The notes under the pieces were generated by a model. The model did not search any database. It saw only the letters and a list, made by a program, of their open reading frames with translations, and was not told where the DNA came from. Positions 28,822 through 38,041 of a stretch of DNA of 64,000 nt are shown here, one piece after another; position 1 is the stretch's first letter; every line of letters begins with the position of its first letter. This DNA is from Candidatus Poribacteria bacterium (lineage in GTDB: Bacteria; Poribacteria; WGA-4E; PCPOR2b): positions 30,506-94,505 of the forward strand of contig JAJEAL010000076.1 in assembly GCA_022822785.1 (NCBI GenBank), written 5' to 3'. Both the position numbers and the translations under genes were made by a program.

Positions 28822-29146
28822 TGTAATCTTAGTACTTTTTCCAAATTCTAACCTGCTTACAGCCAAGCTGCGTCCGGCGTTAATCGTCCAAGCTGACAAC
28901 CTCCAAACAGGTTTGCCGCGAGTGATCGTGGCGATGATTACTAGCAAAATGTCCCGCGCCAACCACCCTAGTCGCGTCCCTATTTTACTTACCACACCGG
29001 AAGGACAACAATCAGGATTACTTATGGACTCAGTAGTGGTAACCGATAATCTTGCCACAATTGCTGAATCAGCAATTGATCGTGTTATAAGCTCCGTCCC
29101 AATGACCGAAATTGACATCGCTTTGGGGCATACGCTGAACCTATAA
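28787..29146 (+). CDS. MazF/PemK-family type II toxin (mRNA interferase)
   Basis: YKRGDVILVLFP...LRPALIVQ...IVAMITSK pattern typical of MazF/PemK. It overlaps the antitoxin stop. Confidence 0.7.
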   Translation: MTRSNPTYKRGDVILVLFPNSNLLTAKLRPALIVQADNLQTGLPRVIVAMITSKMSRANHPSRVPILLTTPEGQQSGLLMDSVVVTDNLATIAESAIDRVISSVPMTEIDIALGHTLNL

Positions 29147-29221
29147 ATGTAAGGCTCCCCATCCCAAAACCCCAATAAAGCAATAGGTATATAACAGTTA
29201 CAACTTCTTGCATACAAAATT

Positions 29222-30613
29222 ATGGCGACTATTCTTATTGTTGACGACGAAAAAAACGCTTTGAAGATGTTATCACAAGCGTTAAAATTGGAAGGCTACA
29301 ACACCTTGACAGCCTCAAGTGGTGAGGAAGCGCTGCAGCTGTGCACATCGAAAACGGTCGATCTGGTTTTGCTAGATATCCTGATGCCTGGCGGTATAGA
29401 TGGCGTGGAAACCCTGACCCGGTTGCGGCAGATTAAACCACAGTTGAACGTTGTGATGATGTCCGCACAAAAAGAGATTGAAACGGCGGTCAAAACGATG
29501 GAGTTGGGGGCGAAACGTTACCTGACGAAACCCGCTAGCATCAGCGAGATTGTATATGCTATTGAGCCATTTCTGGAACTTTCACGTTTGTCACAGGAAA
29601 ACGAGGCGCTGAAAGAGCAGATAGGCGATCAGGACGAGATGGTTGGCGAAAGCGTTGCGATGCAACAACTTCGATCACAGATTAGTCAAGTGGCATCAAG
29701 CGATTTGGGCGTATTGATTACCGGCGAAAACGGCACCGGCAAAGAGCTAGTCGCTAATGCAATCCATCAGCAGAGCCCACGCGGTCGAAAACCGCTGATT
29801 CGGCTCAACTGTGCGGCATTGCCGGAGGAGCTCATCGAAAGCGAACTTTTCGGACATGAACGCGGGGCCTTTACCGGTGCAACCGTACGCAGACAGGGGA
29901 AATTTGAGCTTGCAGACGGGAGTGCACTGTTTCTCGACGAAATTGGCGATATGAGTTTGAAGGCGCAGGCGAAAGTACTGCGCGTGCTGGAATATGGAGA
30001 GCTAGAACGCCTCGGTGGGACGCAAACGCTGCATGTAGACGTTCGGATTATCGCTGCCACAAATAAGAACCTTGAGGCAGAAATTGAGGCTGGTCGGTTT
30101 CGTCAAGATTTGTATTATCGTCTGAGTGTGGTCCCTATCACGGTTTCCCCGCTACGCGATCGCACCGATGATCTGCCGGTGCTGGTGAAGCATTTCGTCG
30201 AACGGTTTCATAAGGATAGCGCACGCACTCCCAAGGTTATCGATCCAGCCGCGATTGAGGTCTTGCAATTATATCATTGGCCCGGCAACATACGAGAGTT
30301 AAAGAATATTGTCGAACGTCTGCTCATCATGGTCAATCAAGATGTTATCCTACCAGCTGATGCGGAGAATGTCCTGCCAATTTCACAGCGTACCGTCCAA
30401 CCTGACAAAGCTGCTCCTGCCCAAGAAAATCGGCTTCAAGCAGGAAAATCGTTGCTGGAAATGGTTGACGACGCCGAAGCAGATCTTATCCGCAATGCTC
30501 TCAATGCAAACAGTTGGAACATCAAGCGAACCGCAGAACAGTTGAAAATCGAGCGAAGCAATTTTTATAAAAAACTGGAAAAATTCAACATCAAGCGTCC
30601 AGATAACCCGTGA
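29222..30613 (+). CDS. Sigma-54-dependent response regulator (NtrC/Fis family)
   Basis: Receiver domain (ILIVDDE...DLVLLDILMPG), AAA+ sigma-54 activator domain (GENGTGKELVANAIH, ESELFGHERGAFTGA) and a C-terminal Fis-type helix-turn-helix. Confidence 0.85.
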   Translation: MATILIVDDEKNALKMLSQALKLEGYNTLTASSGEEALQLCTSKTVDLVLLDILMPGGIDGVETLTRLRQIKPQLNVVMMSAQKEIETAVKTMELGAKRYLTKPASISEIVYAIEPFLELSRLSQENEALKEQIGDQDEMVGESVAMQQLRSQISQVASSDLGVLITGENGTGKELVANAIHQQSPRGRKPLIRLNCAALPEELIESELFGHERGAFTGATVRRQGKFELADGSALFLDEIGDMSLKAQAKVLRVLEYGELERLGGTQTLHVDVRIIAATNKNLEAEIEAGRFRQDLYYRLSVVPITVSPLRDRTDDLPVLVKHFVERFHKDSARTPKVIDPAAIEVLQLYHWPGNIRELKNIVERLLIMVNQDVILPADAENVLPISQRTVQPDKAAPAQENRLQAGKSLLEMVDDAEADLIRNALNANSWNIKRTAEQLKIERSNFYKKLEKFNIKRPDNP

Positions 30614-30678
30614 GATACTCGTTTGAAGCTGAAAGCGATGACCACGGAGGGACTATCGCAGTCATAAAAGGAGAATAG

Positions 30679-31482
30679 ATGCCAATGATAGCGACGTCCA
30701 TTCTCATCTTTGCGCTTGGATTGTCAATCGGTAGCTTTTTGAATGTGTGTATCTACCGCATTCCCCAGGGACTCTCTATTCATGCCCCACGTCGCTCATT
30801 TTGCCCCGCATGTCAAACAACGATTCGCTTCTACGAGAATATCCCTGTTCTAAGCTACCTCCTCCTGAGAGGACGCTGCCGACACTGTAACACGGAAATC
30901 TCGAAAGTTTATCCGCTGGTCGAACTGATGACAGGTGTCCTGTTTCTGCTCTCGTTGTATCGGTTCGGATTAACACTCGCACTTTTGCACAGTTGTCTGC
31001 TCATCAGCTTGTTGATACCGATTGCTTGGATTGATGCCCGATGGTCTCTCATTCCAAACACCATCATCCTTGTCGGGTTGATTACCGGTGCCGCCGTAAT
31101 ACTTCTTATTACGTTCACTCACCACAGTCTAGGCTACCTGATTGAACACCTAATCGGGGCAGCAGCCGGGGGCGCCTCAATGGCTTTAATTGCGGCTGCG
31201 GGGACGTTCCTCTTTGGTAAGCAGGCGATGGGCGGCGGAGACATCAAATTGATGATCCTAATCGGACTGTTTCTGGGAGGATGGCCCCATCTGTTGGTCG
31301 TAATTATGGTTTCCGCTCTCACCGGCTCAATCGTTGGATTGTCCCTTATCGCGTGCGGAAAAAAGAGTGGCGGCAGCAGTCCGATACCTTACGGTCCTTT
31401 TCTCGTAATTGGTGCACTACTAGATCTATTTTGGGGAGATGGAATTTGGGACTGGTATCTAAAGCTCATTGGCTGGCAATAG
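30679..31482 (+). CDS. pilD: Prepilin peptidase (type IV leader peptidase, A24 family)
   Basis: Zinc-ribbon-like CPACQTTIRFYENIPVLSYLLLRGRCRHC, plus polytopic membrane segments with conserved Asp. Confidence 0.8.
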   Translation: MPMIATSILIFALGLSIGSFLNVCIYRIPQGLSIHAPRRSFCPACQTTIRFYENIPVLSYLLLRGRCRHCNTEISKVYPLVELMTGVLFLLSLYRFGLTLALLHSCLLISLLIPIAWIDARWSLIPNTIILVGLITGAAVILLITFTHHSLGYLIEHLIGAAAGGASMALIAAAGTFLFGKQAMGGGDIKLMILIGLFLGGWPHLLVVIMVSALTGSIVGLSLIACGKKSGGSSPIPYGPFLVIGALLDLFWGDGIWDWYLKLIGWQ

Positions 31483-31624
31483 GCAAAGGTAGCATGAGAC
31501 CTATACGTTTCATTTTCCGCTTCTTTACAACCGTTACATATAGTGGTAAAATATCGTCAGGATCAGGACGATAATTCAAGGTTGAGAAAACAAGCCGGCG
31601 CAATCAAAAGACAGGAGGGCCGCA

Positions 31625-32512
31625 ATGGACGAACTGGTCAGAAAAGCAGAAATTCTAATTGAAGCGTTGCCTTATATTCAGACCTTCGCCGGAAAAACCA
31701 TCGTGATAAAATACGGTGGCGCTGCAATGGAGAATGACACGCTCAAACATAGCGTGATGCAGGATGTCGTTTTGATGAAGTATATCGGCATGAATCCCGT
31801 GGTTGTGCACGGCGGTGGGAACCAAATCAGCGAATGGATGCGGAGGGTTGGGAAAAAAGCGGAGTTTGTACAAGGCTTGCGGGTCACCGATGCGGAAACC
31901 GTTGAAATCGCTGAAATGGTGCTCGCAGGCGTAATCAACAAAGAAATTGTCTCACTGATCAACCTACACGGTGGGAAAGCGGTTGGGCTTTGTGGCAAGG
32001 ATGCGAATCTCATTCGCGTGCAAAAGCACTGTCCGGAGGTCGTCGATGAACACGGAAATACAACCTCCGTGGATATCGGTTTTGTCGGAGAGATTATCGG
32101 TGTTAAGCCGGATGTACTCTTCGCTCTGGATCGGGACGGTTATATCCCGGTGATTGCACCAAACGGCGTAGGCGATGACGATTGCACGTATAACGTCAAC
32201 GCGGATACGATGGCAGGAGAAATAGCTGCTGCCCTACAAGCGGAAAAACTGATTCTGTTGACAGATCAACGCGGCATCTTACGCGATCTGGACGATGAAT
32301 CCACGCTGATATCCAGAATAAGAACGGACGAAATTGAAGGGTTAATTGCCGATGGAATAATTGGTTCAGGCATGTTACCGAAAATCATGGCATGCGTGAC
32401 GGCACTCGAAGGCGAGGTGTGGAAAACGCACATTATTGACGGTCGAGTTAGCCACGCAATTTTGCTGGAGGTGTTTACGCAATCGGGCATCGGGACTGAG
32501 ATTCTCGTATAG
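31625..32512 (+). CDS. argB: Acetylglutamate kinase
   Basis: IVIKYGGAAM...VVVHGGG...GLRVTDAETVEIAEMVLAG, a classic amino-acid kinase / ArgB pattern. Confidence 0.85.
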   Translation: MDELVRKAEILIEALPYIQTFAGKTIVIKYGGAAMENDTLKHSVMQDVVLMKYIGMNPVVVHGGGNQISEWMRRVGKKAEFVQGLRVTDAETVEIAEMVLAGVINKEIVSLINLHGGKAVGLCGKDANLIRVQKHCPEVVDEHGNTTSVDIGFVGEIIGVKPDVLFALDRDGYIPVIAPNGVGDDDCTYNVNADTMAGEIAAALQAEKLILLTDQRGILRDLDDESTLISRIRTDEIEGLIADGIIGSGMLPKIMACVTALEGEVWKTHIIDGRVSHAILLEVFTQSGIGTEILV

Positions 32513-32524
32513 GGAATACGAAAC

Positions 32525-33544
32525 CTAAGCGACAGTAACCGCTGCACCACGGTTGTTTGCGTTAGTGATAAAACAGGTGCCCCCTTCCGGCAGCGTTTGA
32601 AGGAACGCCTCTGTTTTCTCTTTTAAGCTGGAGAGATTTTCCCCAACAACGAAAATTGCGGGTCCCCAACTGCTTACCCCTGCCCCTACCGCGCCGTTGT
32701 CCCGTAAAAAGTCGAGCGTCTGTTGCAGAATGCCGCCTTGAGCGTCAATCTCGACCTTCTTCCAGCCAAAAGTCTGAATGGCATTAATCGTGGACCCAAA
32801 GGCATAACAATCCTTTTCAAAGATTGCCGGCAAGAGCTTGAGGAGAATCAGATGGGAGAGCTGTTCAGCGGAGGATCTGGGTTGGGGACAAAGGGTCTTG
32901 AAGAGTTGAACCTCTGTCTCGCCGGAGATGTGGGTACAACGCGGAATGACAATGAGCAATTCCCAATCCGGAAAAGGCTGTCGGAGGAGGAGCGGAGGTG
33001 CGGGAACGTTACCCGCTGCAGAAGAGGGCAAGAACGAGGATTTCTGATCGGGGAAGCGGTGTCCACCATCAAGGATAAATCCGCCCTGCTCAAATGCGGT
33101 AATACCAATCCCCGATGTCCCACCCCTCCCGACGGCGTACGCTAAATCTGCTACGCTCAGATTCAGATTGTAGAGCGTGCTCACCGCTTGGGCAATGCCT
33201 AACGCGAGCTGCGTCCCGGAGCCAAAGCCCGAATGGGGTGGAATCTCAGAGACGAGCTGAAGGTGAATTCCCGGAAAGCTGTATTTTGATTGAAGCGTTT
33301 CGACAATGGCACGCGCCCGATCCTCGTACTGATTAGACACAATCCGAACCTGGTTCGCCGGTTCAGCGATAATTTCAAAATGCGGGTCATTAATCGCAAG
33401 GCCAATGCTTCCGTCAATCCTGCCCAACGAGCCGCTGAGATCGATAAGAGCAAAGTGGAGCCGTGCGGGGGTTCTGATTGTAACGGAGGCGGCACCGTTA
33501 GCCTTCATCCGTTTCGGAGAGGTATCCGTCGATTCGTTCATCAC
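32525..33544 (-). CDS. GHMP-kinase-superfamily protein (beta-ribofuranosylaminobenzene-5'-phosphate-synthase-like)
   Basis: RLHFALIDLSGSLGRIDGSIGLAI and the GHMP motif PPHSGFGSGTQLALG. Its start overlaps the stop of the upstream ABC ATPase. Confidence 0.5.
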   Translation of the reverse strand: MMNESTDTSPKRMKANGAASVTIRTPARLHFALIDLSGSLGRIDGSIGLAINDPHFEIIAEPANQVRIVSNQYEDRARAIVETLQSKYSFPGIHLQLVSEIPPHSGFGSGTQLALGIAQAVSTLYNLNLSVADLAYAVGRGGTSGIGITAFEQGGFILDGGHRFPDQKSSFLPSSAAGNVPAPPLLLRQPFPDWELLIVIPRCTHISGETEVQLFKTLCPQPRSSAEQLSHLILLKLLPAIFEKDCYAFGSTINAIQTFGWKKVEIDAQGGILQQTLDFLRDNGAVGAGVSSWGPAIFVVGENLSSLKEKTEAFLQTLPEGGTCFITNANNRGAAVTVA

Positions 33545-34221
33545 CCAATCTGTTCATCTCGCTCAATTAATCCGTCTCGAATGTGGAGGATGCGCCGGGC
33601 ATGGGCTGCAATTTCAGGTTCGTGCGTGACCATGATGATTGTATTCCCTACCTCGTTTAAGTGGTCAAAAATCGCCATGATTTCGCCGCCAGAACGGGTA
33701 TCTAGATTTCCCGTCGGTTCATCGGCAAAGATCATTGATGGGTTGTTTACCAGTGCTCGCGCAATCGCTACACGCTGGATTTGCCCGCCCGACATTTCAT
33801 TCGACTTGTGATGAACACGATCCGCGAGTCCAACCGATTCTAACGCTTCAAACGCTCTACGCCGTCGTTCCTTGCGACTCAATCCGCTGTAAATGAGCGG
33901 TAATTCAACGTTATGCAGCGCGGTGGTTCGCTGCAACAGGTTGAATGATTGAAATACAAATCCAATTTTTCGATTACGAATCTCAGCGAGCCGGTTGTCT
34001 GACAGTTGACCGATCTCTTGCTCTTCGAGATAGTATTCCCCTTCTGAAGGCTTTGCAAGACAACCGAGAATATCCATCATTGTGGATTTCCCTGAACCGG
34101 AAGGGCCCACAATAGCAATAAACTCGCCACTTTCGACGGTGAATGTCACACCTCTTAACGCGTGAACTTTGACATCTCCCATTTCATACACTTTTGTCAG
34201 ACTACGAACATCAATTAGCAT
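33541..34221 (-). CDS. ABC transporter ATP-binding protein (MacB/LolD-like ATPase only)
   Basis: Walker A GPSGSGKST, signature LSGGQIQRVAIARAL and Walker B IIFADEPTGNLD. The start is set at the ATG at 34221 (MLIDVRSLTKVY). Confidence 0.85.
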   Translation of the reverse strand: MLIDVRSLTKVYEMGDVKVHALRGVTFTVESGEFIAIVGPSGSGKSTMMDILGCLAKPSEGEYYLEEQEIGQLSDNRLAEIRNRKIGFVFQSFNLLQRTTALHNVELPLIYSGLSRKERRRRAFEALESVGLADRVHHKSNEMSGGQIQRVAIARALVNNPSMIFADEPTGNLDTRSGGEIMAIFDHLNEVGNTIIMVTHEPEIAAHARRILHIRDGLIERDEQIG

Positions 34222-34231
34222 AGCTACCTCT

Positions 34232-36214
34232 CTAATTAGTGCTTGGCACTGTTTTTGTAAGTTGCTGCATAGAGGGAACAAATACACGATCTCCCTCTAC
34301 AAGACCACTAATCACTTCAAAATGGGTGTTATTTCGCTGCCCAATCTCAATACGGGTCCGAACTCCCTTTTCGTCCTCTTTCTTGTCTGTCTTCTTTTTG
34401 TTATCCGATTTCGGGGGCTCCTTATCGAGCATAACAAAATATTTCTTTTCGCTCTCAATTTCCGCTTCAAGCCCTTCAATTTTATCCGTTTCAGAAAATA
34501 AAATATGCACCTCAGTAGGCCCCGAACGCAAACCGCGCGGTGAACCGTCGAGCAAAATTTCGACGTTGCCTCGTCCGCTGTTCGGCGAAATCTTGCCCAC
34601 TTTGCCGGAAAACTGCTTCCCAATCAGGTTTTGGACCTCCACCGCCTGATCCGATGTGAAACGTCCCAGTGAATTAGCGGGAACATTTACTTTGACTGTC
34701 AGCACCTCAGAGTCGATCACCGAATCGATAGGGAGTTGAAGAATATTATCCGCCTCCACGACGATGATGTCGACATCCGCCGACATGCCCGGTCGAAGTT
34801 CGGGCGGCGATCCGACCACTTCAATCATGACCTCGAAAGTAATTGTACCATCTCCCTGTTGCCCCATCTGTCCTGGAGCGAATGCACTCGGCGCAACTTC
34901 ACTGACTCTCCCTTCAAAGACTCTATCGCGATAAGCGTCAACGCGGATTTCTACCCTTTGCCCCAGTGCAATCTTAGCGATATCTACTTCGTTGATTCGC
35001 GTTTTGACAACCATTTTGGAAAGATCTGCGATGGTCAGGATAGCGGGACCTTGCGAAAATGCTGACCGTCCGGAGGTGACAATTTCGCCCTCCTCGACAT
35101 TGAGGAGCGTAACAGTGCCTGACATCGGCGCGACAACGGTTGTCCAACCGACACGCTCTTCTTGGGCTTTTAAGGTACTTAGCGCCTCTAGGAGCACGGC
35201 TTGGGCGCCCACCTCCGCGTGGACAGTCAGCTGCTTCTCTTCATCTGTTGTCTCTAGAATCTGATGAAGCTGGGTCTTCGCATTTTCCAGCTCTGCCTCG
35301 CGCTGTCTTTTTTGCGCCGCCTGCGATTCTTTGATCGTAACCAGATTCTCCCGATGCAACCGCAAGGTTGCCTCACGACTTTCGAGCGCTTTCTTTCTTG
35401 TATCAATGGTCTCTTGTTGCGATTCGACCGCGTTACGCTGGGACTCTACATCTTTTTTGGCCGTTTCATAATGAGAAAAAGCGTTTGCATGGGCGGTTTC
35501 CGTTTCTTCGAGCACCCGTTTCGAGACCAGCTTTTTCTCGAATAACCCTCGGTTGCGTTGTAATTCGGACTTGGCTGTCTCAAAGGCGACCCTTGCTGAT
35601 TCTTCCGCCGCTTGCGCTCGTTCAAGTGTAAGTGCTGCTTGCTCTCGTCCAATCTCAGACTGCCGCAGCGCGATTTCATCTTGCTGAAGGGCGTTCTGCG
35701 TCGTAGCAATTTGGGTCTCCGCTTCAGTGATTCGTTGACGTGTGTTTGCATCCAGCGACTCAAGCGCTGCCTTTGCGGATTCGACAGCGTTTTGGGCTTG
35801 TGTGATTACGCTCTCCTGCTGCTTCTCTGTCATCTGAATGCGGAGTTTCGCCTGTTCTAGTTGAGCTTGCCGTGCGTCCCGATTCGCCTCGGCCTGTTTC
35901 TTCTGTTCGAGCACCTGCTCATCGTCGATTTTGAGCAGTGCCTGCCCTTTTTCGACAACAGCACCCTCTTTAATATAGAGTGCCTGAATCTCTCCTTCGA
36001 CATTCGACCGAACGTTAACGGAAATCAAGGGTTCAAGGTTGCCCGATTCCCGAACTTTGAGGATGAATTCGCCGCGCCGAACTACCTCTTTTTTGTCTCC
36101 TTCGCCCTCTTCATCTTTTTTTCCAAATATTTTGGTTGCACCGAAAGCAACCACAGTAACCAGTGCTACAATTAGCACGCTGATAATAAGGCCAATCGTC
36201 CGTTTTCTGTTCAT
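34232..36214 (-). CDS. Efflux periplasmic adaptor (HlyD/MacA-family membrane-fusion protein) with a long coiled coil
   Basis: N-terminal transmembrane helix, an extended Q/E/A-rich coiled coil and a C-terminal beta-barrel/lipoyl-like region. Confidence 0.75.
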   Translation of the reverse strand: MNRKRTIGLIISVLIVALVTVVAFGATKIFGKKDEEGEGDKKEVVRRGEFILKVRESGNLEPLISVNVRSNVEGEIQALYIKEGAVVEKGQALLKIDDEQVLEQKKQAEANRDARQAQLEQAKLRIQMTEKQQESVITQAQNAVESAKAALESLDANTRQRITEAETQIATTQNALQQDEIALRQSEIGREQAALTLERAQAAEESARVAFETAKSELQRNRGLFEKKLVSKRVLEETETAHANAFSHYETAKKDVESQRNAVESQQETIDTRKKALESREATLRLHRENLVTIKESQAAQKRQREAELENAKTQLHQILETTDEEKQLTVHAEVGAQAVLLEALSTLKAQEERVGWTTVVAPMSGTVTLLNVEEGEIVTSGRSAFSQGPAILTIADLSKMVVKTRINEVDIAKIALGQRVEIRVDAYRDRVFEGRVSEVAPSAFAPGQMGQQGDGTITFEVMIEVVGSPPELRPGMSADVDIIVVEADNILQLPIDSVIDSEVLTVKVNVPANSLGRFTSDQAVEVQNLIGKQFSGKVGKISPNSGRGNVEILLDGSPRGLRSGPTEVHILFSETDKIEGLEAEIESEKKYFVMLDKEPPKSDNKKKTDKKEDEKGVRTRIEIGQRNNTHFEVISGLVEGDRVFVPSMQQLTKTVPSTN

Positions 36215-37545
36215 TGGATAGTCCCCATTGCTCGCTGCAAAGCGACTTGCGCGATTTTATAGTCATAAAAGGCTCGAACCTGATTGGTCAAAGCTTGTGC
36301 AAACTCAGTCTGAGCATTGAGTAATTCAAGTAGAATGGAGAGTTCCTGCTCGAACCGACCTCTAATAACTTGGAGACTCAACTCAGCATTTCGTACCTGT
36401 GTGTTAGAGATTTCCACCGCTCTTTCAGCACGTCTCAAGTTCAAGTAGGATTGGCGGACCTCTAATGCAATAGAACGTTCTAGATCGCTCGCATCTTCAC
36501 GGACCTGCTCAAGCGATAGCGCCGCTGCTTCGACCCGACGCTTGGTCACCCCGCCATCGAAAATCGGAAAGCTGAGTGTCGTCCTAACTTCCCAACTCCG
36601 GAAATCCGTAAAATTCTCGCGTTCATGGAGATAATCATCAAGGTTGACGTTGTAATTATATTCCGCGTTTAAGCGAGGCAAACGATCCAACCTTGCCAAT
36701 GTCAAATCCCATTCCAGCCGTTTTATTGTGGATTGGAGCTCCTTAAACTCAGGCCGAGTTTCAAAAGCTGTCTGAATAGCTTCATCAACGGACATATTCA
36801 GCACCTCAATTTGTCCTTTTTGGCGGTACAGTTCGTAGTCAGCATCTTCAGCAACAGTAACAAGGGTCGCCGGGTCTAAGCCCATGATTCGTGGTAGGGA
36901 TGCCATCGCAATCTCAAGGGCATTCTGATCATTAAGCAAGCTCAATTCGTCGTTGGCTTCTCTGACCTGCGCCGTTGCCACATCAGCTTCAATCTGAATT
37001 CCCGCCTCTACAAAAGCCCGCACCCGGTCAGTATTTTCCAGAGATCTCGCCAAGATTTCTTGATCTACCTTCACCAACTCCTGCGCCTTGAGTACGTTAT
37101 AATATGCCTGCGTGACTTGAAAGATTAGGTTCTGCTTTGTCTGTTCATTGCGGTTTATCGTCGCATTACGTCGCTCTTTTGCCTGCGAGAAATTTGCCTC
37201 TCTTTGTCCGTTGTCCCACAGCGTATATTGTCCGGTTACGCCCAAGTCATAATTTTCGCGCTCAAATCCAAAATCGACTGCGTCTGAAAAATTGTAACGC
37301 CCATCCAGAAAAATATCCGGATAGTAGCGGGCGCGCGCATCCCTGACATTCAGGCCATCAAGAGCAAGGTTGATACGGGCATTCCGCATATCGGTTGAGT
37401 TTTCAATGGCGAGTTGAATACACTCTTCTAGAGTGAGTGGTTGGGCAAGATTAATTTCTGGCGACTCTTGGGCAATTGCCGCAAGGGCAACAAAGCTTAG
37501 CACACATATTAAGACGAATCGCATCCTCCATCGGATCATTCTCAT
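36211..37545 (-). CDS. TolC-family outer-membrane efflux protein
   Basis: Signal peptide, then LTLEECIQLAIENSTDMRNARINL and duplicated OEP repeats. Confidence 0.8.
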   Translation of the reverse strand: MRMIRWRMRFVLICVLSFVALAAIAQESPEINLAQPLTLEECIQLAIENSTDMRNARINLALDGLNVRDARARYYPDIFLDGRYNFSDAVDFGFERENYDLGVTGQYTLWDNGQREANFSQAKERRNATINRNEQTKQNLIFQVTQAYYNVLKAQELVKVDQEILARSLENTDRVRAFVEAGIQIEADVATAQVREANDELSLLNDQNALEIAMASLPRIMGLDPATLVTVAEDADYELYRQKGQIEVLNMSVDEAIQTAFETRPEFKELQSTIKRLEWDLTLARLDRLPRLNAEYNYNVNLDDYLHERENFTDFRSWEVRTTLSFPIFDGGVTKRRVEAAALSLEQVREDASDLERSIALEVRQSYLNLRRAERAVEISNTQVRNAELSLQVIRGRFEQELSILLELLNAQTEFAQALTNQVRAFYDYKIAQVALQRAMGTIQ

Positions 37546-38041
37546 CTCCTATCGGTTATTTATATTCATCTGTTTCATTCAGACAGAAGCACAGCCTGTG
37601 AAATTACATTGAAAAAATGATATACAAGATTTTTCCATAGATTTATCGCATACATTCTGTAGGTGATTTGACAGTGAATTTTGACGGAATTAAGGATTGA
37701 AAGTTTAGACTGAAGATAGGACGCCATATTGGGAAATCCATTAATCCGACAGTATCATTGATGAAAATATCACCATTTCCAGAGTGGATGAAGACGACGA
37801 TTACACATTGGCAAGAGATGAGAGTTCCTGTTTTTACTTGCGCCCCCTCATAAATGCTGCTACACTTAATTTCGTGCAGCTAGATTCCGGGCAGGCACAG
37901 CCTAAAAAAACAGATATTGGCTCATGTAAAACGAAGACTTCGTTTGATTAACCTTCCATTTACATCCCCTCATCCCGAGAGGCAAATCGCGCAGAGACAT
38001 TGTTTTTTCGCTTTTGCGTTTCACATCTCATGGGTAAAACG

